63,426 bases of DNA, filler included, from Asterionella formosa (GCA_002256025.1; 15 parts of 15 records of this genome joined end to end with filler, not necessarily neighbours in it); one strand, 5' to 3'; shown: positions 37,180 to 49,872, counted from the whole stretch's first letter. The notes: generated from the sequence alone by a model not told the origin. Translations and numbers: made by a program.

Positions 37180-38190
37180 TCACCACAAGCCGTCCCAAAA
37201 CAAATCAAGCCCTGGCCATGAACCCATGTAGCCCCAAATGATGGCTAACCTTAGTGAATCAGATTCTTCCATTTCAGAGTTGAAGGAGTTACCACAGTCC
37301 AAGCCAAACGACGTCTCCAAAGCCTTGAATTCCCTGTACTCGCGAGTCTTCGCGTTGTACCTGTTGGGAAGTTGCTGCATGGAAGGGAATGCCAAAAATG
37401 CTAGGAAGGCCAGCAAAGTTCTAACTCCCACTCCTTTTCTGCTGCAAATGATTATAGTTGACTTCTTTCTGTGAGTCTGCTCAATGGGTGAGCAAACCTG
37501 CGTTTGGTCAAACCCCATAATTGTGGTTGGCGGCGAGCTGACGGCTGGATTCGTAAAAGACAGAGCATCAAAGAAGCAAACGCCATCGTCACTTACTTCA
37601 TCAACAGCAGGAGAAACCAAAACTTCTTCGCGATTCAAACCATTGAGTTTGTCGAGAAACCGCATTGGTTGCGCCTTGTGTCGGAAACGGTTGTTTTCGC
37701 AGCAAACACTTGAAAAGTCAGAGAGGTTACCACTTGCTGAAGTGAAGGCAGGGATAATTTTCCTCGAAACAATCGTGCCCATGGTTCTAACCATCCCTCT
37801 ATGGTCGGTGACTACGGGTGGTTTTACTGCTAGATTAGATGGTGTTGTTGTCGTGAATTTTCCCTGTCCTGTGACTTGGGTAGCCAGTGAGGTTGGTTTG
37901 AAATCGGGTTTAGAACGAGCAGAGGAAGACGAAAAAACAGAATCCTCCCTCACGGGATTATTCTGGTAACTACAATCGTCCGCATTGCGCCTTTTTTCCT
38001 CAAGACCGTCGTGATTTGCCTTGAGGACGCTAGCTAGTGTTGAAGGAACATTGTTATTCTTTGCGGCGACCGTATCTAAACATTTCTTTTCGGTCAACTC
38101 GGACAATCGCAAGTTGTGTTCAAGGAGGATGTCGTTGGTGAGTATGTGCTCGGGTGCTTCGGACGTGCTAGAATGATCACTTTGTCTACC
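37180..38190 (-). CDS. Hypothetical protein; probably the 3' exon of the 38186..40147 gene
   Basis: Frame open for >310 codons with no early ATG. An intron-like stretch (~38270-38192) ends in CAG, but the splice phase is unresolved. Confidence 0.45.
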   Translation of the reverse strand, partial: GRQSDHSSTSEAPEHILTNDILLEHNLRLSELTEKKCLDTVAAKNNNVPSTLASVLKANHDGLEEKRRNADDCSYQNNPVREDSVFSSSSARSKPDFKPTSLATQVTGQGKFTTTTPSNLAVKPPVVTDHRGMVRTMGTIVSRKIIPAFTSASGNLSDFSSVCCENNRFRHKAQPMRFLDKLNGLNREEVLVSPAVDEVSDDGVCFFDALSFTNPAVSSPPTTIMGFDQTQVCSPIEQTHRKKSTIIICSRKGVGVRTLLAFLAFLAFPSMQQLPNRYNAKTREYREFKALETSFGLDCGNSFNSEMEESDSLRLAIIWGYMGSWPGLDLFWDGLW

Positions 38191-40147
38191 CCTGGTAATT
38201 GGTTGAGTGAAGATGACTGTGGTTTGTAGGAGTCTGAGTGAGAAATTGATGTCGGCACGTTAAGCAAATACCAACTACTTCCTTACTGTCAACACCCACG
38301 ATGGTCCCAAGGCCGTCGCTCGCAATCAAAATATGATAATACTCTTTGAATCTCATCATGCAAAGGAAGGATCCACCAACGTAATTGCTGGTTTTCTTTC
38401 CAGGGATGGGAAGCAAGAATGGCATTGACAAAGGATCAGCATTTTGACGGCAGCCCCTCAAAATTTCTTCGGCAACATCGCGAGAAGATGCAACAGCATC
38501 GGACGAGCACGAAAAGCCTTCAAAGGCTGCGAGCGAAATAGAGCCGACAAAGGCCTTCCCTTCAATAGGATCATCATGTACTAAGACTCCTTGGGAGAAC
38601 ATACTTTGTTCTCTGTTAGGGGTGGGACAAAAAAGGGAAACAAGCAGATCAGTTGTCGGTTGGAATTCATCACAGTGAATACGACACTCCGACTGGAGAT
38701 TAAGAGGGCCAAGTACTTCATACTCCTCGTGGCGAAAGCGGAGCCGAGTATCAGCAAGGTTTGCAAGACGATCACGATATAAACCCGAGCGAGCAGGTCC
38801 CATGACTTCCCCAGTCCACTTGCCAGCCATAACGTCCCCTGGAAGTTCTAACAAACGGCCTCGATGAGGAAGTACTTCCAAACACCCATTCAAAAACAAG
38901 TCTTTAATATATTCTTTCGAATTCGGAGACGAAGAATTCTCCTCGGTTCCGTTGGCTACGCCTTCCACAAGCGCGAAGCATTGAGAGTGGCCGACAATAA
39001 AGTTCAAAACTTGATGCTGCCGCCATTTTATGGCACCATATGTTTTTGGTCGCTTGACATTCAAAGGAAATCTGAGCCGATTGTTGAGTGCATCTATAGC
39101 TGACACCTTGCGCTTCTTAGTGTCGTTAGCCACTTCATCCATGATTACAGACTCCAAGTCAAAAGGAGCTTCATTGGCGGTAGCGTCTCGCTCAGAATCA
39201 AACATTTCCTCAACAACTATATCGCCATCCTCCATACCAGGAAGCAGTAAATGATGATCTGCACAAAACATGGTCAAGGTTGTGCCTGACTCTCCCTCTT
39301 GAATAAATCTAGTGATGATGTCGGCATGTCTCTTTTGGATTCCTGCTTCGAGGACTACCACTGGAAAGGCATTGCCAGGCGCACTTTGTCGGTAGAAGTT
39401 TGGCCTTGTATCGCGATAGATACTAATATGATGTGCCTTGCGACGCATCAATCCTCCAGGTAGCTTCCAGTCTTTCAATAGATAGGAGCACCCACCCGAG
39501 TTTCCAGTTGTGCTGGCAAAACGACTTTGTATCACCAAAGAATTTGGTTGAATCTTCCGTTTTGCGAAAGGATTGTCATCCTTAACTTCCTTTGAGGCAT
39601 AAAGAACTCGGTATTGAATTGTCATACCCTTAAAGTTCAGAGAAATTTGATGGAGTTCATTCATTGTGCGCCAACCAGGAACCAGGGAGGAGTGCTGCGT
39701 CGCTTGTTTGGACCTTGCTCGAACAGTTGTGGCGACAAAAGGAGAAAGACAGCGATCGTTGGGGATTCTACGAGGAGAAATATCTTTCTTTATTTTCGCT
39801 TTCTTGGAAGCGCATATCAGCATACTGGAACCACGCCTCTGAAATGTTGGCGGCACTTTTGAGTTTGCGTGGTTCTTCCTGTTGGAGCTACCCACCAACA
39901 ATGGATTCCGAATTGATTGGTCGTCGTTGCTATTCGATTTGTGACATTCTAATAGCATCTTACGCTTGACGCTCGTGGATTGCTTGATTTTGCTCAAGCC
40001 AACAGATGCTTCCTTCGTCCAGCGGTTCGTACGCTTCCATGGCGGAATTGGCATTGCAGAGTCAGAAACCTTATTTGTAGATGATGCTGTTGCGACTACA
40101 GCTGCTGTTCTCTCCTTCTCTTGTTGTTTCATAGCCTTCGGATTCAT
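38186..40147 (-). CDS. Large hypothetical protein with a basic N-terminus; no family recognised
   Basis: 653-codon ORF from an ATG. Confidence 0.65.
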   Translation of the reverse strand: MNPKAMKQQEKERTAAVVATASSTNKVSDSAMPIPPWKRTNRWTKEASVGLSKIKQSTSVKRKMLLECHKSNSNDDQSIRNPLLVGSSNRKNHANSKVPPTFQRRGSSMLICASKKAKIKKDISPRRIPNDRCLSPFVATTVRARSKQATQHSSLVPGWRTMNELHQISLNFKGMTIQYRVLYASKEVKDDNPFAKRKIQPNSLVIQSRFASTTGNSGGCSYLLKDWKLPGGLMRRKAHHISIYRDTRPNFYRQSAPGNAFPVVVLEAGIQKRHADIITRFIQEGESGTTLTMFCADHHLLLPGMEDGDIVVEEMFDSERDATANEAPFDLESVIMDEVANDTKKRKVSAIDALNNRLRFPLNVKRPKTYGAIKWRQHQVLNFIVGHSQCFALVEGVANGTEENSSSPNSKEYIKDLFLNGCLEVLPHRGRLLELPGDVMAGKWTGEVMGPARSGLYRDRLANLADTRLRFRHEEYEVLGPLNLQSECRIHCDEFQPTTDLLVSLFCPTPNREQSMFSQGVLVHDDPIEGKAFVGSISLAAFEGFSCSSDAVASSRDVAEEILRGCRQNADPLSMPFLLPIPGKKTSNYVGGSFLCMMRFKEYYHILIASDGLGTIVGVDSKEVVGICLTCRHQFLTQTPTNHSHLHSTNYQG

Positions 40148-40684
40148 GAGAGATGAGTGGAACAGCGTGTTTCCTCCTCGAAGGAATTAGTGTAGCACTC
40201 GCAACAGGATTCAGAATATCAACAGAAGCAGGCGATTGTAAAGGGATTGTTATCATCACATCATTCTTTCAACAAATCTTTCTTGATAATGATTTTACCG
40301 GAATTACTACCTTTGCATAATAGATAATCATTACCGTGTAAAGGTTGCTCGTATACTTTCACATACGACGTAATTAATGTTATTAACAGAAATCTTCCTA
40401 AATAGTAAAATACATTTTTTATTCGTATATAAAGATATTTGTGTACCGTTAGCTATATCGGACTATGTACTGGCACATATCGGTACATACGTCAGCCGAA
40501 TAAAAACTTTGCATGTACTGGTAATACTGTATTCATACTATGTAAAATAATTTGTATTTGTACATAAATAATAACGCTGGCAATAGAACGATACCGGTAT
40601 TTACTAACGGTATGGATGCCACAGGTGACACATTGAGCGAACTCCCTTGGTGGCATCCATAGAGTTCTCTCGATTTACCGCTTC

Positions 40685-41590
40685 ATGTACCGGTATGTAC
40701 TCCATAATCCATTCAAATCCGTGATGACCACGATGATGAGAACGCGATCCATTTCAAGGACGACCATGAGGCCCATGAGTTACAATCGACGTGCTCTTTA
40801 TTTAACAGCTGCGGCAGCTTTGGGGTCTTCGTTTTCCAACACGGCGACAAGTAGCTGCGGTTTTAGTCCACCGGCTTTCATTCCTCGTCGCAATCCGGGA
40901 GCAGTAACAAATTCTCAACAGAGTCGTCTCTATTCTTCTAATAGCAAGAACGGTGGTATCCTAGGAACTTTAACAAAGGTCGCCAAGTCCGTCTTGCCCA
41001 AAAGTTGGACGCAGAGCGACGAAGAGCGCAAGTTAGCCCTAAAGAAAAAAGAAGTACAGAATGAAATTGCTGGTGGCTTAGACCAGATGCTCCAAGGTGC
41101 CCCGTTGCCAGTGCGAATGATTGGGAAAATGATTGCTCCGCTTTTTTCGTCTGCATTTTCAGGCTTGGCTGCTGAAATGGGGCAACAACAACGCCAACTA
41201 CAAGAAATTTTGGAAGATGCCCAGATCTACATCGTGGCTGACGCTGGGGCCCGCCAAGCTCTCGGGGAACCCATTGAGATGCAGCAACCATTTTCACAAT
41301 CTACATCTACCACTAGTATCAATGGAAAATCTTCGTCCAATATTCAAGCCGCCTTTTACGTGTCTGGATCTAGAGCACAGGGCATTGTTCAATTGACGGC
41401 TAGTGAACAAGGAATAACACGATTAATACTAGAAGTGAGCGGTCGCCAAATGGAAGTGAGTTTGAACAAGAGCAAGTGGAGTCATGCAGACAAGGATTAT
41501 CTCAATGGTAGTGATTCGATTGGAAAAAAACGAATTAATCGCGATGATGTCATTGATGTGGAGTTTGTTGAAAAGAAATACAAACCTTAA
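40685..41590 (+). CDS. Organelle-targeted hypothetical protein (weak Coa1/Tim21-like resemblance)
   Basis: 301-aa ORF with an R/S/T-rich presequence and LGEPI..PFSQS..SING..VSGS..G region. Start codon uncertain. Confidence 0.7.
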   Translation: MYRYVLHNPFKSVMTTMMRTRSISRTTMRPMSYNRRALYLTAAAALGSSFSNTATSSCGFSPPAFIPRRNPGAVTNSQQSRLYSSNSKNGGILGTLTKVAKSVLPKSWTQSDEERKLALKKKEVQNEIAGGLDQMLQGAPLPVRMIGKMIAPLFSSAFSGLAAEMGQQQRQLQEILEDAQIYIVADAGARQALGEPIEMQQPFSQSTSTTSINGKSSSNIQAAFYVSGSRAQGIVQLTASEQGITRLILEVSGRQMEVSLNKSKWSHADKDYLNGSDSIGKKRINRDDVIDVEFVEKKYKP

Positions 41591-41821
41591 ATGTTGCTTG
41601 GAATTGAAATTAGATTAGTTGAATAAAGGAAGTAGGTTAGATTGGGTGTGTAGAAACGAGGTTAGCCAGGAATCATTCCGTCGATATGGGATAAGAGATG
41701 TGTATCGCGCCAATGGTTAGCTTAGCAATCATCTAACTGGAATTAAAAATTTGCTGAAGCAGGGTATCGGATCATGCCGGATTTGGGGGGCACCTAGCAC
41801 TTCGTTGAGACTTCTGTCTTC

Positions 41822-43573
41822 CTACAGGATCCGGGTGATTGGACCCAGCTCCACTGCCCGCTCACTCGGCAGAAGCAACGGCTCTGTATCCTGAATTGTT
41901 ATTTCATATATGTCTCCTTGGTAGGAATAGCGGACCAATAGCTTTGGAACCAAATTTGGTGGAACTTGCTCGGTCGATGTTGTTGACCAAAACAACTTCC
42001 ACCAAGGTCTTCTTTTTGCCAATATTGCTGCTGTGGGTGTCACTAGATCATAAAACCCCAGCAAGGTGCTCTTTGGGGAACTTGATAATCTCAGATGTGA
42101 GTTTCGCACCCAAAATTGGATTGGAATGGTAGCATCGAAACGCTTTCCACCTTCGACAAAATATGTGGCTTGGACAATGACTAACCCATTGGCTTCTTGT
42201 TCCAGGTCTCGTCTTGCTTCTGCCGCCTTCTTCATCATACGAACTTGCACATCCGCCTCTTCCTTTGTCTTTATTGATTGAAGTAGCTTCGAATCTTTTA
42301 TTAAACTACTAGAGGGCTCCTTGATTGGTGATACTTGTTTCACCACGTCCCCCAACAAATCATCAATAGCAAATGGCACGGTCAGGAAAAACACCCATCT
42401 CGCCCAGTCTTGTTGTAGCAGGGCCGTCGATACGGCGACGGGCACACGAAACTTGACACTACCTCGTTCCAACTCAAAAATCCAAGTCAAACCAGTCGAT
42501 ATAGCATGGCGGGCGCCAACGCGCAATTTGCAGTAGTTTGTCAATTCCCGACTTACCATGGCCTTCCACTCCACAGAGGGGGATCCCCCAAACGCAACCG
42601 AAAAAGAAATTTGACGATTATCTCCCATATTGTACTTGCTCGATAGTTCAATTGGATGTTTCGACACCCCCACGTTCACCTTGGCTGTGCATTGGGGATA
42701 GTCCTCATTGAGTGTCGTCAGCGATGCAAGACAATACTGCAAATTGGCATCAGTGCCCATTCCGACAGCCCATGTGCCCCGGCATTGATTTTCCCAAAGG
42801 GCGCGGTGTGTAACCACAGAAAGTGATAAGTGATCGGAGTTGGGTTGCGTCCGGACCGTTGTAGTCATGACGGTACGATCCACCAAGACGCGCGTTGAAC
42901 CGAGAGCCAATCCCAAAGTGCCGGTAGGCGAAAGATCGATATCTAAAGTTACGTCAGTGCCTTGGGCAGGCTTATATCCAATTAAAATATTACCAGCGCC
43001 AGTACCGTCCCCGTACTTTACACGGGTAGACCCTCCCATGGTGACGCTGTAATTGGATGTCGAGTCTGAGGTCACCGAGACTTGCAATTTGGCGCTGGAG
43101 AGGTCTGGGAGACTATCGAGCGAGTCCAGAGCGCACGCATATTCCAAAACTGCTGATAGTTGCACCGCATCCTCCTTGTGTTCTAATTCCACGTTCTGCA
43201 AGGCTTCCTGGACAATTTGCAAGGCATTGTGTGGATTGCCCGCTTGATGTTGTTCGAGCAACGTGGGATACAGAGCGTCTGCGTTCGGACTGTGCAAGCT
43301 GAGCTTGACGAGACGAATGCCTCGATGTCCAAAGGCATCGTAGACCTGTCTTAACACCGGATCAGAAAGCAAATCGTGGGCATTCTTGAATGCGACGAAG
43401 ACGTCTTGCGCGTCCTGTCTCGTCGTCGGCGGATGTTTGTCGGGATGAAAGTTCCGAGAAAGGAGTTTGAAGCATCGCTGAATCTCATCGTCTGTGCAAT
43501 CTCGCGAGAGGTTCAGAATTGTGTATGGATCTCTTTCTTCTTCGTTTGGTTGACCATTCTCCTTGTTCGCCAT
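41822..43573 (-). CDS. DNAJC11: DnaJ homolog subfamily C member 11
   Basis: N-terminal J domain (HPDK), beta-rich middle, and C-terminal DUF3395-like region (GLVIVQATY, D.TIPIQFWV, SKS-like..LLGFYD, L.VRY.Y). Confidence 0.9.
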   Translation of the reverse strand: MANKENGQPNEEERDPYTILNLSRDCTDDEIQRCFKLLSRNFHPDKHPPTTRQDAQDVFVAFKNAHDLLSDPVLRQVYDAFGHRGIRLVKLSLHSPNADALYPTLLEQHQAGNPHNALQIVQEALQNVELEHKEDAVQLSAVLEYACALDSLDSLPDLSSAKLQVSVTSDSTSNYSVTMGGSTRVKYGDGTGAGNILIGYKPAQGTDVTLDIDLSPTGTLGLALGSTRVLVDRTVMTTTVRTQPNSDHLSLSVVTHRALWENQCRGTWAVGMGTDANLQYCLASLTTLNEDYPQCTAKVNVGVSKHPIELSSKYNMGDNRQISFSVAFGGSPSVEWKAMVSRELTNYCKLRVGARHAISTGLTWIFELERGSVKFRVPVAVSTALLQQDWARWVFFLTVPFAIDDLLGDVVKQVSPIKEPSSSLIKDSKLLQSIKTKEEADVQVRMMKKAAEARRDLEQEANGLVIVQATYFVEGGKRFDATIPIQFWVRNSHLRLSSSPKSTLLGFYDLVTPTAAILAKRRPWWKLFWSTTSTEQVPPNLVPKLLVRYSYQGDIYEITIQDTEPLLLPSERAVELGPITRIL

Positions 43574-44375
43574 GGCGGAAGGATGGTTTGCCGTTCACTA
43601 TGTACCGGTGGTTCACAATTGAAATTGGGTCGGCACACATGGCGGCGGTATTAATAATCTGTCTCGTTTGAATACGTAATGTGCCTGATGCTGATGCATG
43701 AGTGGCTGTGTCTCATGGTGACATCAGAATAATAATGCATCTACCACGTAAATTCCACTGTACCGGTACCAGGTAGTACATATTTTCTTTATAATTAAAT
43801 TACAATACAATATAGTATACTTACATATATTTTTATATGTGCGTTTGTATACCATGATGTCTACGTCGTGCTCCCTCTGTTCAACAGTACTTGAGGGCCG
43901 TTCTCATCATTTTTCATCATGTATATTTTGAAAAAACATTATCAGCAACAGTAACTCGATTTGAACTTAAGGCAGTTCTTATCATTCTGTTATTTGTTGT
44001 CATCGGTGTATCATTGCCGAAATATGATACAAAAATGGCGGTTTGGTTTTTTTTGTGTATCACCAACGGTTTTTTTGGTCTGATCACCGGTGTATCATGG
44101 GTGTATCACTGATACAGTTTTTGGACCCCTGACCAATGCTGTATCACTGATCAAGCCGTTGATCACTGTGTATCATGTCCGTTGCCACTGATAAAATAAC
44201 TGTAAATACGCAAGCACAACTCTATTAAATATTGCGCCATCTATTTTTTGTTACATATATACTACGGTACTCTGTATACCTTACCTTTCAGCTTCGTGAG
44301 TCATACAAGAATCAGTAGTCCGCTCATCTCTATACCAATCTTCCAACATCGACTATATCTCGATTAATTGGCGCA

Positions 44376-44509
44376 ATGAGCAGCAAAGTAGTGGGTACGG
44401 CTGAAACTTCTGATGCTGCCTCTATTCGCATTGATTCGGAAGAGAAGCAATGCGTTGTAGCTGATGGGGACGTCGAAGATATTGTTGAGTTGTCTACTGC
44501 TGATCCAAC
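44376..44509 (+). CDS. Possible 5' end of a gene truncated by the contig edge
   Basis: ATG followed by an open acidic reading frame running into the linker. Confidence 0.35.
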
Positions 44510-44609
44510 NNNNNNNNNNNNNNNNNNNNNNNNNNNNNNNNNNNNNNNNNNNNTTAATTAATTAANNNNNNNNNNNNNNNNNNNNNNNNNNNNNNNNNNN
44601 NNNNNNNNN

Positions 44610-45965
44610 GACAAATGTTCACTGATGGTGACACAAATCCAGCCGCTATATTTGCAGTTAATAATAACACTGATACAGGCGCTTTCATTCTCATCATCAT
44701 GGTGGTGCAACCGTCATCAAAGCAGGTTCATGTACACTTTTTGAATGAGGTAGGAGTTTCCTATCAATTAAGAACGATCGCCATCAGTGGGACATGGGAA
44801 GTGAACGCATCTTGTGACAGGATTCAGGTGGTTTTGTTTTCTGGCATTAGCTATTGGGTGATGCATGGGTTCGCATTTTGAGCAAGTAATTTAGCAATTG
44901 CCATATTATGATCTAGGTTTTGTATACCGTAACAAATCACAATGATTATATTCATGATTGAATATATAGAAGTATAATTGGATGGTGCGTTGATCATATC
45001 CCAATACGCGCTGAACGCATATCTTACCGGTATGCTACCGGAAAAGATATTTTCCAGGTCCTGCCTACGACCCTCCATGTGTTTTACAGGTTGTGAGCAC
45101 TCGCGACGAAAACTGGAATATACCGGTATGAATATACGACATATCATGTCTGAAAAGTCACCTAGCTGTGTGTACTACGAGCACCAGGTACCTGGTAGCG
45201 TAGACCGATTGAACATTGCCAGCGCAGGTAGAAATTTAAATGTGACATACAATACTGAAGAAAAGGATAAAGCGGAAACGAGACAATTCTCGTGGATTTC
45301 TACAGGAAATACCACTTCTCGAAGATAGGATTTGTAGTGCGATCCAGCTGTGGATTCTATACCCAGCAATATTCAGGCAATGCGCTGAAGGCATTGTCAC
45401 AATTTCATTTCTTGAAAGCAAACGACCACTTTCGGCATCCGCCAGCTGTCCAGGCTTACAAATTTCAGATAGAATTTGGAATCTCTTTTTTTCGAATGAC
45501 CAACAGGTTGCAACACTAGTAAGTGCCCGCACTGATCTCGTATTCTTTCCGTTCGCCCTGACATGGTAGGTTCCGTTCATCTCATCCACCAGCCTCGCGA
45601 ATCACTCCGTCGTTGTCGGCGGAGGGATTTTGAAAACGATAGTGTTTTTGCCACTTGTACTCATTCTTTGTTAGAGATAGTGTCCACATCAATTCTTGAG
45701 GTCGTTGCGAATGCACATGAGGATTTTCAGCGCCGAAATCCGTCTCCTTGACGACGAACGGTGCCAATTTCTCTTTGTGCCATGGTCATTGATGTGTTTG
45801 TCGATCGTCGTGTAGAATTCTACGCAGTCGTACTTTCCACAACATCTTTGCCGCTGAATTCGTTTTTCGTGTTGATTATGATTGCTTGATGTTATCTCTC
45901 GCCGGCTTACCATCAAGCATGATTTGGATGAGACCGCTATGTGGTTTTAATCTGAAATGGCTATT
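44610..45965. repeat. Contig nearly identical to contig 56257..57610 (allelic or repeat copy)
   Basis: Same first and last bases, colinear, with scattered substitutions and a few 1-bp indels. Confidence 0.95.
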
Positions 45966-48900
45966 NNNNNNNNNNNNNNNNNNNNNNNNNNNNNNNNNNN
46001 NNNNNNNNNTTAATTAATTAANNNNNNNNNNNNNNNNNNNNNNNNNNNNNNNNNNNNNNNNNNNNTCCAGTTGGCCTAAAATGGCAGCATCCAATCGATG
46101 ATTTTCAATTCTTGCAATAGTCCTTGTTGGTGATGGATTTTTTACAACTAATTCCGACTGTTCTTGATTGACACCTGTGAATTGCATCAATTGTGTTGTT
46201 ATTTTTCATCTTGGCCTGTTGCATTAAGGTCTTCTGTCGATTTGAGACCTTGGCAGTGTTGGTAGCATTGTTGCTATTAGCAATGGTCATATTGGCAATG
46301 GATCCGGTCAGGGATTGAATGACCAAATCAGACGAAGCGCTTGTGCTTTCACAACCATTGTACTTCGACGCCTTTGGATTCATCACATTATGCTTGTGAA
46401 ATAGATAAATTGCTTGGTGGTACCACATTGATTGGATGCATCACTTGGATTGCTCACAATTTGTTCTCGATTGTTATGTAATTGATGACAGCCTGGATGG
46501 TATGGGTCTTGATTCTTGCATGGTTGCCATGGCTTGCTGTGGCTCTGAGATGGTGTGGCGACTTTCTTCTGTCATGCTGAGGATAGATTCAGCTTGTTGA
46601 TTTATGACTCCGCAATTTATGATGACTTCGGGGCAGGAGGAATGGATTGGGACAATTATTTTGCAATTTTGATGGAAGATGGGATTTACTTTCAATTATT
46701 GTAGCTAGCTGCCCTACCTGCTAACAGGTACCCAGAAAGAATGGCAACAATCAGGTTTATATGGATGACCATCACTGTATAATAGTGAATACCAGTATTG
46801 CTTCTGACTTGGTTTATAATAACCAGGTTATTGATAGTGCTTTACAATAATAACCGTGGTTATTTGTCATCAAGTCTGACTTGTGGCGTCAGACTTTGGA
46901 CTCAAGTCCAGACTTGGTATAAATAACTAGAGGTTATTATTGTATTCAAACCACGCATCAGACTTCATTTTGTGTGGCAAGTCTGGACATGTTAAAATAA
47001 TCAACCCTCACCTCTCTTTTATATCATGTACATTTATGATGTATTATTATCGGTAGGTTATGTACATTTGTGGAGTATATAGCTATAGGTACCTGGTTCA
47101 CCTGTAAACGACAAAACAAGAAGCAACCATGGTCACCAGGTAGACCAGTACACTGCAGCTAATACCGTATATCTAAAAAAACATTTGACATGAACTGACC
47201 CTCCATTCATAGTAAACTGTGACGGCCATTATGTACCTCCTGGTTTCATGTACCGTCAGAATGGCTGAATATTGGATGAAGACAACCCGGAGTGTGGTAT
47301 TGCTTTACGTAGAGGAAAGTGAGTACCAGTCGGCATCTCACTGAAAGATTCGAGGTTGTCGTTAAATCTGAATATTGCGGAAGCTATTTCCACGTCAGAC
47401 GTCCCGTCGTCGTGTTCCGTCNNNNNNNNNNNNNNNNNNNNNNNNNNNNNNNNNNNNNNNNNNNNTTAATTAATTAANNNNNNNNNNNNNNNNNNNNNNN
47501 NNNNNNNNNNNNNNNNNNNNNTGAGAGGGAGAGTAACGAAAGTATGAGTGATGTATGTACATATGGTTATTATTTCATTGCCGGTTATAGGACCGTTACC
47601 ATGGAATATCATAAGATGATGTCAGCATTGGATATTTGGTTTTGAATCACATATACCGCCATCATTACCTGTACCGCCATCACTTCCGGCATATATAATA
47701 TATAGCTCACAATTTCTAATAAATACTTTAGGAATTAGTCGTCATTACAAACCTTCCGCTTCTACAAGTTCTTAGAACAACCTCAAGAGTCTACTTCATC
47801 CTGCTTCATTGCAAGAGCTGTCGACAGTACTATTCATCTATAACAAGTATTACTGGTAGCTACTGGTACCGGATCATACCAGTGTGTGTTATCCATGCAA
47901 CGACTGTTTATGGCCACATTAAAAAATTTATAATTGTTTTATGTTGCAATTGTGTAGAATGCAATTGCTTATTGATTTGTACTATATAACAGTGTGGATG
48001 GTGCAGAGTTACATGTGAATTCCAACTGCTGGTACCACAACACATGTAAATAGTGATCTATATTATATATGCTTGGCATACATACCACTGGGTAGTGGAT
48101 ATGTACTACCAGTACTTGCATGTGTGTTTGTACAGCTGCCTGTGGTATCGGGTCGATGAGACAGCAACTCCATCTTGACCATGACAAAATTATGGAGTTG
48201 AATATCTTCACGAATATTGACAATGAACAATTATTGTTTCACACGTGTATGTAGACTGACATAGACAAGATTATCGTTGAATAATAAAAAATTTTGCACC
48301 AGTATTGACAACAAAAAGTTCAAATCAGCACTGGAAGTTGTTTTTGGTTGTCATTTGCTCAGTTTTGAAGATATGACCAAAGTAGCGACAGTTTTGAGTC
48401 CGTGAGCCCGTGATTAGCTCGATAACTTTGACTAGATAAGGTTTTCTATGTTTTGTAGAAATAGATGAGAAAACTTATGCAACAGTATTCTTGGAGAGGG
48501 TAGAACATTTCAAGATGCAACATATTCCTCTACATCAGTTTTGTAGTGAGGACTTTCATGTACACACTAATTGTTGTGGTCCATATTTCTATGGAATCTT
48601 GACAAGGTCATTTGACAGTTTACTATAGAAATACTTTCAGCCATTCAAAAATACACTGCTTGTTATTTATGAAAATAAAAACTTCGCATCGCAGAAATGA
48701 TCATGAACTCTCCTGACTGACCGTTTATTCATTTTCCAACACTTTTATACAAAAATGTATTCTTTTGCCATGACGCCAGAGGGAGTCTAATAGACAGGTG
48801 GCCAGATGTGGCAGGGAGCCAATGTTTGGGTGTAAATCACTCAGGCCACTTTGTTTGGCAATGAATGTAGCCTAGCCNNNNNNNNNNNNNNNNNNNNNNN

Positions 48901-48977
48901 NNNNNNNNNNNNNNNNNNNNNTTAATTAATTAANNNNNNNNNNNNNNNNNNNNNNNNNNNNNNNNNNNNNNNNNNNN

Positions 48978-49711
48978 GTTTTACTAGTATGCATGACAAA
49001 CAAATATTGCTTCCTCAATGGAACAATTTTCATTATACCTTCTGGGGTTGCGGACTTGGCAAGAATTGAAATCCATTTGTAAATGTTCTCCTTTCTTAAC
49101 CAGCTCCTCCGAGTTTCTGTTCTTACCATGAACCCAAAAACTGCATCAAACATCTTGATAGATGAGAGGTTCCCTAAATCTTGATATAGACTGGTAGATA
49201 CTCCTATGTTGTATTAGGAACCACTTAAAAACTGTAAGCCACCGTTATTTTACTCCATCTTCCGACTAAAAAATATTCAAGTAATATAACAATCGAAACC
49301 TGATGCAAGTACGAAGTGTATGTTACACGATGCACTCTTTTCTACGAATAAGAAATCAGTTTCGATTCAGGAGTGTATAAAACCATGAAGATCTAATTTT
49401 TTTAAAGTCATTAAGATTGTTGCATAGCGGTGGCTTACAGTGCATATTTTTCTACACAAATCTTGTCTCCTTGTTTTACTATGCATGACAAACAAATATT
49501 GCTTCCTCAATGGAACAATTTTCATTATACCTTCTGGAGTTGTGGACTTGGCAAGAATTGAAATCCATTTGTAAATGTTCTCCTTTCATAACCAGCTCCT
49601 CAGAGTTTCTGTTCTTACCATGAACCCAAAAACTGCATCAAACAATATTGATAGACGAGAGGTTCCCTAAATCTTGATATAGACTGGAAGTTAGTCCTAT
49701 GTTGTATTAGG
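48978..49711 (+). repeat. ~240-bp imperfect direct repeat (48978-49218 and ~49473-49711)
   Basis: atgcatgacaaacaaatattgc...cctatgttgtattagg is present twice. Confidence 0.9.
49231..49441. mobile_element. MITE-like element with 18-bp TIRs
   Basis: actgtaagccaccgttat / atagcggtggcttacagt (1 mismatch). No clear TSD. Confidence 0.55.
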
Positions 49712-49872
49712 TATACCATTATGTACAACATGTATGTACCCCAATGTAACAACAATACACCCGTACCAAGTAGCTGTGGACTGTGTTTACAATGTATTTG
49801 TACCGGCTATTTATACTGGCATAGACCGCCCAGACTGCGCTGTACCTGAACGTACAGACAACGACATTGACA

